From: Eledone cirrhosa
Lineage: Eukaryota
Direction: 5' to 3'
Assembly (NCBI GenBank): GCA_964016885.1
Contig: OZ024743.1
Location: forward strand, 141,732,001 to 141,796,000
DNA length: 64,000 nt
Shown here one piece after another: positions 49,501-61,095 of the stretch. Each line of letters opens with the position of its first letter. The first letter of the stretch is position 1. Both the position numbers and the translations under genes were made by a program. A model generated the notes under the pieces. That model saw only the letters and a program-made list of their open reading frames with translations, was not told the DNA's origin and did no database searches.

Positions 49501-52500
49501 GATTGGTGCTTGGTGTTTGGTGCTTGGTGCATGGTGCTTGGTGCTTGGTGTTAGGCGTTTGGTGCTTGGTGCTTGGTGTTTGATGTTTGGTCCTTGGTGC
49601 TTGGTGTTTGGTATTTGGTGCTTGGTGCTTGGTGTTTGGTGTTTGGTGCTTGCTGCTTGCTGCTTGGTGTTTGGTGCTAGGGGCTTGGTGCTTGGTGTTT
49701 GATGTTTGGTCCTTGGTGCTTGGTGTTTGGTATTTGGTGCTTGGTGCTTGGTGTTTGGTGTTTGGTGCTTGCTGCTTGCTGCTTGGTGTTTGGTGCTAGG
49801 GGCTTGGTGTTTGGTGCTTGGTGTTTGGTGCTTGGTGTTTGGTGCTTGGTGCCTGGTGATTGGTGTTTGGTGTTTGGTGCTTGGTGTTTGGTGCTTGGTG
49901 TTTGGTACTTGGTGTTCGGTGCTTGGTGCTTGGTGCTTGGTGTTTGGTGTTTGGTGCTTGGTGCTTGGTGCTTGGTGTTTGATGTTTGGTCCTTGGTGCT
50001 TGGTGTTTGGTGTTGTGTGCTTGGTGCTTGGTGCTTGGTGTTTGGTGCTTGGTGCTTGGTGCTTGGTGTTTGGCGTTTGCTGTTTGCTGTTTGGTGTTTG
50101 GTGTTTGCTGTTTGGTGTTTGCTGTTTGGTGTTTGGTGTTTGGTTCTTGCTGTTTGGTGCTTGGTGCTTGGTGTTTGGTGTTTGGTGCTTGGTGTTTGGT
50201 GCTTGGTGCTTGGTGCTGGGTGTTTGGTGCTTGGTGCTTGGTGTTTGGTGCTTGGTGCTTGGTGCTTGGTGTTTGGTCCTTGGTGCTTGGTGCTTGGTGT
50301 TTGGTGCTTGGGTTTTGGTGTTTGGTGCTTGGTGCTTGGTGTTTGGTGCTTGGTGCTTGGTGCTTGGTGCTTGGTGTTTGGTGCTTGCTGCTTGGTGCTT
50401 GGTGTTTGGTGCTTGGTGCTTGGTGATTAGTGTTTGGTGATTGGTGCTTGGGGTTTGGTGTTTGGGGCTTGGTGTTTGGTGCTTGGTGCTTGCTGTTTGG
50501 TGTTTGGTGTTTGGTTCTTGGTGCTTGGTGTTTGGTGTTTGGTGTTTTGTGTTTGGTGCTTGGTGCTTGTTGTTTGGTGCTTGGTGCTTGGTGATTAGTG
50601 TTTGGTGCTTGGTGCTTGCGGTTTGATGTTTGGTGCTTGGGGTTTGGTGTTTGGTGCTTGGTGCTTGGTGTTTGGTGCTTGGTGCTTGGTGCTTGGTGTT
50701 TGGTGCTTGGTGCTTGGTGTCTGGTGCTTGGTGCTTGGTGCTTGGTGCTTGGTGTTTGGTGCTTGGTGCTTGGTGCTTGGTGTTTGGTGCTGCAGGCTTG
50801 GTGTTTGGTGTTTGGTGCTTGGTGCCTGGTGCTTGTTGTTTGGTGTTTGGTGCTTAGTGCTTGGTGTTTGGTGTTTGGTGCTTGGTGCTTGGTGGCTGGT
50901 GTTTGGTGCTTGGTGTTTGGAGTTCGGTGCTTGGTGCTTGGTGCCTGGTGTTTCGTGCTTGGTGCTTGGTGCTTGGTGTTTGGTGTTTGGTGCTTGGTGT
51001 TTGGTGTTTGGTACTTGGTGCTTGGTGCTTGGTGCTTGGTGTTTGGTGCTTGGTGTTTGATTCTGCGTGCTTGGTGTTTGGTGCTAGGGGCTTGGTGCTT
51101 GGTGCTTGGTGTTTGGTGCTTGGTGCTTGGTGCCTGGTGCTTGGTGCTTGGTGCTTGTTGTTTGGTGCTTGGTGCTTGGTGATTAGTGTTTGGTGCTTGG
51201 TGCTTGCGGTTTGGTGTTTGGTGCTTGGGGTTTGGTGTTTGGTGCTTGGTGCTTGGTGTTTGGTGCTTGGTGCTTGGTGCTTGGTGTTTGGTGCTTGGTG
51301 TTTGGTGCTTGGTGCTTGGTGTTTGGTGTTTGGCGTTTGCTGTTTGCTGTTTGGTGTTTGGTGTTTGCTGTTTGGTGTTTGCTGTTTGGTGCTTGGTGCT
51401 TGGTGTTTGGTGTTCGGTGCTTGGTGCTTGGTGCTTTGTGTTTGGTGCTTGGTGCTTGGTGCTGGGTGTTTGGTGCTTGGTGCTTGGTGTTTGGTGCTTG
51501 GTGCTTGGTGCTTGGTGTTTGGTGCTTGGTGCATGGTGCTTGGTCTTTGGTGCTTGGTTTGTGGTGTTTGGTGCTTGGTGCTTGGTGTTTGGTGCTTGGT
51601 TCTTGGTGCTTGGTGCTTGGTGTTTGGTGATTGCTGCTTGGTGCTTGGTGTTTGGTGCTTGGTGCTTGGTGATTAGTGTTTGGTGATTGGTGCTTGGGGT
51701 TTGCTGTTTGGTGCTTGGTGTTTGGTGCTTGGTGCTTGCTGTTTGGTGTTTGGTGTTTGGTTCTTGGTGCTTGGTGTTTGGTGTTTGGTGTTTGGTGCTT
51801 GGTGCTTGGTGCTTGGTGTTTGGTGCTTGTTGCTTGGTGCTTGGTGTTTGGTGCTGCGGGCTTGGTGTTTGGTGTTTGGTGCTTGGTGCCTGGTGCTTGT
51901 TGTTTGGTGCTTAGTGCTTGGTGTTTGGTGTTTGGTGCTTGGTGCTTGGTGGCTGGTGCTTGGTGCTTGGTGTTTGGAGTTTGGTGCTTGGTGCTCGGTG
52001 CCTGGTGTTTCGTGCTTGGTGCTTGGTGCATGGTGTTTGGTGTTTGGTGCTTGGTGTTTGGTGTTTGGTACTTGGTGCTTGGTGCTTGGTGTTTGGTGCT
52101 TGGTGTTTGATGCTGCGTGCTTGGTGTTTGGTGTTTGGTGCTTGGTGCTTGGTGTTTGGTGTTTGGAGCTTGGTGCCTGCTGCTTGTTGTTTGGTGTTTG
52201 GTGCTTGGTGCTTGGTACTTGGTATCTGGTGTTTGGTGCTTGATGTTTGGTGTTTGGTGCTTGGTGCTTGGTGCTTGGTGTTTGGTGTTTGGTGCTTGGT
52301 GCTTGGTGTTTGGTGCTTGGTGTTTGGTGTTTGGTGTTTGATGCTTGGTGTTTGCTGCTTGGTGCTTGGTGCTTGGTGTTTTGTGTTTGGTGCTTGGTGC
52401 TTGTTGTTTGGTGCTTGGTGCTTGGTGATTAGTGTTTGGTGCTTGGTGCTTGCGGTTTGATGTTTGGTGCTTGGGGTTTGGTGTTTGGTGCTTGGTGCTT

Positions 52501-55500
52501 GGTGTTTGGTGCTTGGTGCTTGGTGCTTGGTGTTTGGTGCTTGGTGCTTGGTGTCTGGTGCTTGGTGCTTGGTGTTTGGTGCTTGGTGTTTGGTGTTTGG
52601 TGCTTGGTGCTTGGTGCTTGGTGTTAGGTGTTTGGTGCTTGGTGCTTGGTGTTTGATGTTTGGTCCTTGGTGCTTGGTGTTTGGTGTTTGGTGCTTGCTG
52701 CTTGCTGCTTGGTGTTTGGTGCTTGGTGATTGGTGCTTGGTGTTTGTGCTTGGTGCTTGGTGTTTGGTGTTTGGTGCTAGGGGCTTGGTGCTTGGTGCTT
52801 GGTGTTTGGTGCTTGGTGCTTGCTGTTTGGTGCTTGGTGTTTGGTGATTGGTGTTTGGGGCTTGGTGTTCGGTGCTTGGTGCTTGGTGCTTGGGGCTTGG
52901 TGTTTGGTGTTTGGTGCTTGGTGCTTGGTGTTTGATGTTGGGTCCTTGGTGCTTGGTGTTTGGTGTTTGGTGTTTGGTGTTTGGTGTTTGGTGCTTGGTG
53001 CTTGGTGTTTGGTGTTTGGTGCTTGGTGCTTGGGGCTTGGTGTTTGGTGCTTGGTGCTTGGTGTTTGGTGCTTCTGCTTGGGGCTTGGTAGTTGGTGCTT
53101 GGTGCTTGGTGCCTGGTGTTTGGTGTTTCGTGTTTGGTGCTTGGTGTATGGTGCTTGGTGCTTGGTGCTGGGTGGTTGGTGTTTGGTGCTTGGTGCTTGG
53201 TGTTTGGTGCTTGGTGCTTGGTGCTTGTTGTTTGGTGCTTGGTGCTTGGTGCTTGGTCTTTGGTGCATGGTGTTTGGTGTTTGGCGCTTGGTGCTTGGTG
53301 CTTCGTGATTGGTGCTTGGTGCTTGGTGTTTGGTGCTTGGTGCTTGGTGATTAGTGTTTGTTGCTTGGTGCTTGGGGTTTGGTGGTTGGTGCTTGGTGCT
53401 TGGTGTTTGGTGTTTGGTGTTTGGTGTTTGGTGTTTGTGGAATGGTGTTTGGTGTTTCGTATTTGGTTTTTGCTGTTTGGTGTTTGGTGTTTGCTGTTTG
53501 GTGTTTGGTGTTTGGTGTTTGGTGCTTGGTGCTTGGTGCTTGGTGTTTGGCGTTTGGTGCTTGGTGCTTGGTGTTTGGTGCTTCGTGCTTGGTGTTTGGT
53601 GTTTGGTGCTTGGTGCCTGGTGCTTGTTGTATGGTGTTTGGTGCTTGGTGCTTGGTGTTTGGTGTTTGCTGCTTGGTGTCTGGTGTTTGGTGCTTGGTGT
53701 TTGGTGTTTGGTGCTTGGTGCTTGGTGCTTGGTGTTTGGTGTTTGGTGCTTGGTGCTTGGTGTTTGGTGTTTGGTGCTGGGTGCATGGAGTTTGGTGCTT
53801 GGTGCTTAGTGCTTGGTGTTTGGTGTTTGGTGCTTGGTATTTGGTGTTTGGTGTTTGATGCTTGGTGTGTGGTGCTTGGTGCTTGGTGTTTTGTGTTTGG
53901 TGCTTGGTGCTTGGTGACTGGTGCTTGGTGCTTGGTGCTTGTTGTTTGGTGCTTGGTTCTTGGTGATTAGTGTTTGGTGCTTGGTGCTTGGTGTTTGGTG
54001 CTTGGTGTTTGGTGCTTGGTGCCTGGTGCTTGGTGTTTGGTGTTTGATGCTTGGTGTTTGGTGTTTGGTGTTTGGTACTTGGTGTTCGGTGCTTGGTGCT
54101 TGGTGCTTGGTGCTTGGTGTTTGGTGTTTGGTGCTTGGTGCTTGGTGTTTGATGTTTGGTCCTTGGTGCTTGGTGTTTGGTGTTGTGTGCTTGGTGCTTG
54201 GTGGTTGGTGTTTGGTGCTTGGTGCTTGGTGCTTGGTGTTTGGTGCTTGGTGTTTGATGCTGCGTGCTTGGTGTTTAGTGTTTGGTGCTTGGTGCTTGGT
54301 GTTTGGTGTTTGGAGCTTGGTGCCTGGTGCTTGTTGTTTGGTGTTTGGTGCTTGGTGCTTGGTGTTTGGTGTTTGGTGCTTGGTGTTTGGCGCTTGGTGC
54401 TTGGTGTTTGGTGTTTGGTGCTTGGGGTTTGGTGTTTGGTGCTTGGGGTTTGGTGTTTGGTGCTTGGTGCATGGTGTTTGGTGCTTGGTGCTTGGTGTTT
54501 GGTGCTTGGTGCTTTGTGTTTGGTGCTTGGTGTTTGGTGCTTGGTGCTTGGTGCTTGGTGCTTGGTGTTAGGTGTTTGGTGCTTGGTGATTGGTGTTTGA
54601 TGTTAGGTTCTTGGTGCTTGGTGTTTGGTGTTTGGTGCTTGGTGCTTGGTGTTTGGTGTTTGGTGCTTGCTGCTTGGTGCTTGGTGTTTTGTGTTTGGAG
54701 TTTGGTGCTTGGTGTTTGGTGCTTGGTGCTTGGTGTTTGGTGTTTGGTGCCTGGTGCTTGGTGTTTGGTGCTTGGTGTTTGGTGTTTGGTGATTGGTGCT
54801 TGGTGTTTGGTGCTTGGTGCATGGTGCTTGGTGCTTGGTGTTAGGCGTTTGGTGCTTGGTGCTTGGTGTTTGATGTTTGGTCCTTGGTGCTTGGTGTTTG
54901 GTATTTGGTGCTTGGTGCTTGGTGTTTGGTGTTTGGTGCTTGCTGCTTGCTGCTTGGTGTTTGGTGCTAGGGGCTTGGTGCTTGGTGTTTGATGTTTGGT
55001 CCTTGGTGCTTGGTGTTTGGTATTTGGTGCTTGGTGCTTGGTGTTTGGTGTTTGGTGCTTGCTGCTTGCTGCTTGGTGTTTGGTGCTAGGGGCTTGGTGT
55101 TTGGTGCTTGGTGTTTGGTGCTTGGTGTTTGGTGCTTGGTGCCTGGTGATTGGTGTTTGGTGTTTGGTGCTTGGTGTTTGGTGCTTGGTGTTTGGTACTT
55201 GGTGTTCGGTGCTTGGTGCTTGGTGCTTGGTGTTTGGTGTTTGGTGCTTGGTGCTTGGTGCTTGGTGTTTGATGTTTGGTCCTTGGTGCTTGGTGTTTGG
55301 TGTTGTGTGCTTGGTGCTTGGTGCTTGGTGTTTGGTGCTTGGTGTTTGATGCTGCGTGCTTGGTGTTTGGTGTTTGGTGCTTGGTGCTTGGTGTTTGGTG
55401 TTTGGAGCTTGGTGCCTGCTGCTTGTTGTTTGGTGTTTGGTGCTTGGTGCTTGGTGCTTGGTATCTGGTGTTTGGTGCTTGATGTTTGGTGTTTGGTGCT

Positions 55501-57229
55501 TGGTGCTTGGTGCTTGGTGTTTGGTGTTTGGTGCTTGGTGCTTGGTGTTTGGTGCTTGGTGTTTGGTGTTTGGTGTTTGATGCTTGGTGTTTGCTGCTTG
55601 GTGCTTGGTGCTTGGTGTTTTGTGTTTGGTGCTTGGTGCTTGTTGTTTGGTGCTTGGTGCTTGGTGATTAGTGTTTGGTGCTTGGTGCTTGCGGTTTGAT
55701 GTTTGGTGCTTGGGGTTTGGTGTTTGGTGCTTGGTGCTTGGTGTTTGGTGCTTGGTGCTTGGTGCTTGGTGTTTGGTGCTTGGTGCTTGGTATCTGGTGC
55801 TTGGTGCTTGGTGTTTGGTGCTTGGTGTTTGGTGTTTGGTGCTTGGTGCTTGGTGCTTGGTGTTAGGTGTTTGGTGCTTGGTGCTTGGTGTTTGATGTTT
55901 GGTCCTTGGTGCTTGGTGTTTGGTGTTTGGTGCTTGCTGCTTGCTGCTTGGTGTTTGGTGCTTGGTGATTGGTGCTTGGTGTTTGTGCTTGGTGCTTGGT
56001 GTTTGGTGTTTGGTGCTAGGGGCTTGGTGCTTGGTGCTTGGTGTTTGGTGCTTGGTGCTTGCTGTTTGGTGCTTGGTGTTTGGTGATTGGTGTTTGGGGC
56101 TTGGTGTTCGGTGCTTGGTGCTTGGTGCTTGGGGCTTGGTGTTTGGTGTTTGGTGCTTGGTGCTTGGTGTTTGATGTTGGGTCCTTGGTGCTTGGTGTTT
56201 GGTGTTTGGTGTTTGGTGTTTGGTGTTTGGTGCTTGGTGCTTGGTGTTTGGTGTTTGGTGCTTGGTGCTTGGGGCTTGGTGTTTGGTGCTTGGTGCTTGG
56301 TGTTTGGTGCTTCTGCTTGGGGCTTGGTAGTTGGTGCTTGGTGCTTGGTGCCTGGTGTTTGGTGTTTCGTGTTTGGTGCTTGGTGTATGGTGCTTGGTGC
56401 TTGGTGCTGGGTGGTTGGTGTTTGGTGCTTGGTGCTTGGTGTTTGGTGCTTGGTGCTTGGTGCTTGTTGTTTGGTGCTTGGTGCTTGGTGCTTGGTCTTT
56501 GGTGCATGGTGTTTGGTGTTTGGCGCTTGGTGCTTGGTTCTTCGTGATTGGTGCTTGGTGCTTGGTGTTTGGTGCTTGGTGCTTGGTGATTAGTGTTTGT
56601 TGCTTGGTGCTTGGGGTTTGGTGGTTGGTGCTTGGTGCTTGGTGTTTGGTGTTTGGTGTTTGGTGTTTGGTGTTTGTGGAATGGTGTTTGGTGTTTCGTA
56701 TTTGGTTTTTGCTGTTTGGTGTTTGGTGTTTGCTGTTTGGTGTTTGGTGTTTGGTGTTTGGTGCTTGGTGCTTGGTGCTTGGTGTTTGGCGTTTGGTGCT
56801 TGGTGCTTGGTGTTTGGTGCTTCGTGCTTGGTGTTTGGTGTTTGGTGCTTGGTGCCTGGTGCTTGTTGTATGGTGTTTGGTGCTTGGTGCTTGGTGTTTG
56901 GTGTTTGCTGCTTGGTGTCTGGTGTTTGGTGCTTGGTGTTTGGTGTTTGGTGCTTGGTGCTTGGTGCTTGGTGTTTGGTGTTTGGTGCTTGGTGCTTGGT
57001 GTTTGGTGTTTGGTGCTGGGTGCATGGAGTTTGGTGCTTGGTGCTTAGTGCTTGGTGTTTGGTGTTTGGTGCTTGGTATTTGGTGTTTGGTGTTTGATGC
57101 TTGGTGTGTGGTGCTTGGTGCTTGGTGTTTTGTGTTTGGTGCTTGGTGCTTGGTGACTGGTGCTTGGTGCTTGGTGCTTGTTGTTTGGTGCTTGGTTCTT
57201 GGTGATTAGTGTTTGGTGCTTGGTGCTTG

Positions 57230-60200
57230 GTGTTTGGTGCTTGGTGTTTGGTGCTTGGTGCCTGGTGCTTGGTGTTTGGTGTTTGATGCTTGGTGTTTGG
57301 TGTTTGGTGTTTGGTACTTGGTGTTCGGTGCTTGGTGCTTGGTGCTTGGTGCTTGGTGTTTGGTGTTTGGTGCTTGGTGCTTGGTGTTTGATGTTTGGTC
57401 CTTGGTGCTTGGTGTTTGGTGTTGTGTGCTTGGTGCTTGGTGGTTGGTGTTTGGTGCTTGGTGCTTGGTGCTTGGTGTTTGGTGCTTGGTGTTTGATGCT
57501 GCGTGCTTGGTGTTTAGTGTTTGGTGCTTGGTGCTTGGTGTTTGGTGTTTGGAACTTGGTGCCTGGTGCTTGTTGTTTGGTGTTTGGTGCTTGGTGCTTG
57601 GTGTTTGGTGTTTGGTGCTTGGTGTTTGGCGCTTGGTGCTTGGTGTTTGGTGTTTGGTGCTTGGGGTTTGGTGTTTGGTGCTTGGGGTTTGGTGTTTGGT
57701 GCTTGGTGCATGGTGTTTGGTGCTTGGTGCTTGGTGTTTGGTGCTTGGTGCTTTGTGTTTGGTGCTTGGTGTTTGGTGCTTGGTGCTTGGTGCTTGGTGC
57801 TTGGTGTTAGGTGTTTGGTGCTTGGTGATTGGTGTTTGATGTTAGGTTCTTGGTGCTTGGTGTTTGGTGTTTGGTGCTTGGTGCTTGGTGTTTGGTGTTT
57901 GGTGCTTGCTGCTTGGTGCTTGGTGTTTTGTGTTTGGAGTTTGGTGCTTGGTGTTTGGTGCTTGGTGCTTGGTGTTTGGTGTTTGGTGCCTGGTGCTTGG
58001 TGTTTGGTGCTTGGTGTTTGGTGTTTGGTGATTGGTGCTTGGTGTTTGGTGCTTGGTGCATGGTGCTTGGTGCTTGGTGTTAGGCGTTTGGTGCTTGGTG
58101 CTTGGTGTTTGATGTTTGGTCCTTGGTGCTTGGTGTTTGGTATTTGGTGCTTGGTGCTTGGTGTTTGGTGTTTGGTGCTTGCTGCTTGCTGCTTGGTGTT
58201 TGGTGCTAGGGGCTTGGTGCTTGGTATTTGATGTTTGGTCCTTGGTGCTTGGTGTTTGGTATTTGGTGCTTGGTGCTTGGTGTTTGGTGTTTGGTGCTTG
58301 CTGCTTGCTGCTTGGTGTTTGGTGCTAGGGGCTTGGTGTTTGGTGCTTGGTGTTTGGTGCTTGGTGTTTGGTGCTTGGTGCCTGGTGATTGGTGTTTGGT
58401 GTTTGGTGCTTGGTGTTTGGTGCTTGGTGTTTGGTACTTGGTGTTCGGTGCTTGGTGCTTGGTGCTTGGTGTTTGGTGTTTGGTGCTTGGTGCTTGGTGC
58501 TTGGTGTTTGATGTTTGGTCCTTGGTGCTTGGTGTTTGGTGTTGTGTGCTTGGTGCTTGGTGCTTGGTGTTTGGTGCTTGGTGTTTGATGCTGCGTGCTT
58601 GGTGTTTGGTGTTTGGTGCTTGGTGCTTGGTGTTTGGTGTTTGGAGCTTGGTGCCTGCTGCTTGTTGTTTGGTGTTTGGTGCTTGGTGCTTGGTGCTTGG
58701 TATCTGGTGTTTGGTGCTTGATGTTTGGTGTTTGGTGCTTGGTGCTTGGTGCTTGGTGTTTGGTGTTTGGTGCTTGGTGCTTGGTGTTTGGTGCTTGGTG
58801 TTTGGTGTTTGGTGTTTGATGCTTGGTGTTTGCTGCTTGGTGCTTGGTGCTTGGTGTTTTGTGTTTGGTGCTTGGTGCTTGTTGTTTGGTGCTTGGTGCT
58901 TGGTGATTAGTGTTTGGTGCTTGGTGCTTGCGGTTTGATGTTTGGTGCTTGGGGTTTGGTGTTTGGTGCTTGGTGCTTGGTGTTTGGTGCTTGGTGCTTG
59001 GTGCTTGGTGTTTGGTGCTTGGTGCTTGGTGTCTGGTGCTTGGTGCTTGGTGTTTGGTGCTTGGTGTTTGGTGTTTGGTGCTTGGTGCTTGGTGCTTGGT
59101 GTTAGGTGTTTGGTGCTTGGTGCTTGGTGTTTGATGTTTGGTCCTTGGTGCTTGGTGTTTGGTGTTTGGTGCTTGGTGTTTGGTGCTTGGTGCCTGGTGC
59201 TTGGTGTTTGGTGTTTGATGCTTGGTGTTTGGTGTTTGGTGTTTGGTACTTGGTGTTCGGTGCTTGGTGCTTGGTGCTTGGTGCTTGGTGTTTGGTGTTT
59301 GGTGCTTGGTGCTTGGTGTTTGATGTTTGGTCCTTGGTGCTTGGTGTTTGGTGTTGTGTGCTTGGTGCTTGGTGGTTGGTGTTTGGTGCTTGGTGCTTGG
59401 TGCTTGGTGTTTGGTGCTTGGTGTTTGATGCTGCGTGCTTGGTGTTTAGTGTTTGGTGCTTGGTGCTTGGTGTTTGGTGTTTGGAACTTGGTGCCTGGTG
59501 CTTGTTGTTTGGTGTTTGGTGCTTGGTGCTTGGTGTTTGGTGTTTGGTGCTTGGTGTTTGGCGCTTGGTGCTTGGTGTTTGGTGTTTGGTGCTTGGGGTT
59601 TGGTGTTTGGTGCTTGGGGTTTGGTGTTTGGTGCTTGGTGCATGGTGTTTGGTGCTTGGTGCTTGGTGTTTGGTGCTTGGTGCTTTGTGTTTGGTGCTTG
59701 GTGTTTGGTGCTTGGTGCTTGGTGCTTGGTGCTTGGTGTTAGGTGTTTGGTGCTTGGTGATTGGTGTTTGATGTTAGGTTCTTGGTGCTTGGTGTTTGGT
59801 GTTTGGTGCTTGGTGCTTGGTGTTTGGTGTTTGGTGCTTGCTGCTTGGTGCTTGGTGTTTTGTGTTTGGAGTTTGGTGCTTGGTGTTTGGTGCTTGGTGC
59901 TTGGTGTTTGGTGTTTGGTGCCTGGTGCTTGGTGTTTGGTGCTTGGTGTTTGGTGTTTGGTGATTGGTGCTTGGTGTTTGGTGCTTGGTGCATGGTGCTT
60001 GGTGCTTGGTGTTAGGCGTTTGGTGCTTGGTGCTTGGTGTTTGATGTTTGGTCCTTGGTGCTTGGTGTTTGGTATTTGGTGCTTGGTGCTTGGTGTTTGG
60101 TGTTTGGTGCTTGCTGCTTGCTGCTTGGTGTTTGGTGCTAGGGGCTTGGTGCTTGGTGTTTGATGTTTGGTCCTTGGTGCTTGGTGTTTGGTATTTGGTG

Positions 60201-61095
60201 CTTGGTGCTTGGTGTTTGGTGTTTGGTGCTTGCTGCTTGCTGCTTGGTGTTTGGTGCTAGGGGCTTGGTGTTTGGTGCTTGGTGTTTGGTGCTTGGTGTT
60301 TGGTGCTTGGTGCCTGGTGATTGGTGTTTGGTGTTTGGTGCTTGGTGTTTGGTGCTTGGTGTTTGGTACTTGGTGTTCGGTGCTTGGTGCTTGGTGCTTG
60401 GTGTTTGGTGTTTGGTGCTTGGTGCTTGGTGCTTGGTGTTTGATGTTTGGTCCTTGGTGCTTGGTGTTTGGTGTTGTGTGCTTGGTGCTTGGTGCTTGGT
60501 GTTTGGTGCTTGGTGTTTGATGCTGCGTGCTTGGTGTTTGGTGTTTGGTGCTTGGTGCTTGGTGTTTGGTGTTTGGAGCTTGGTGCCTGCTGCTTGTTGT
60601 TTGGTGTTTGGTGCTTGGTGCTTGGTGCTTGGTATCTGGTGTTTGGTGCTTGATGTTTGGTGTTTGGTGCTTGGTGCTTGGTGCTTGGTGTTTGGTGTTT
60701 GGTGCTTGGTGCTTGGTGTTTGGTGCTTGGTGTTTGGTGTTTGGTGTTTGATGCTTGGTGTTTGCTGCTTGGTGCTTGGTGCTTGGTGTTTTGTGTTTGG
60801 TGCTTGGTGCTTGTTGTTTGGTGCTTGGTGCTTGGTGATTAGTGTTTGGTGCTTGGTGCTTGCGGTTTGATGTTTGGTGCTTGGGGTTTGGTGTTTGGTG
60901 CTTGGTGCTTGGTGTTTGGTGCTTGGTGCTTGGTGCTTGGTGTTTGGTGCTTGGTGCTTGGTGTCTGGTGCTTGGTGCTTGGTGTTTGGTGCTTGGTGTT
61001 TGGTGTTTGGTGCTTGGTGCTTGGTGCTTGGTGTTAGGTGTTTGGTGCTTGGTGCTTGGTGTTTGATGTTTGGTCCTTGGTGCTTGGTGTTTGGT
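57230..61095 (+). repeat. Local tandem duplication of 1,932 bp (276 monomers) inside HOR family B
   Basis: The private variant GGAACTT occurs only at 57551 and 59483. Pseudo-ORFs 57521/59453, 58228/60160 and 58910/60842 differ by 1932, and 5171 = 3239 + 1932. The junction is near 59160. Confidence 0.9.
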
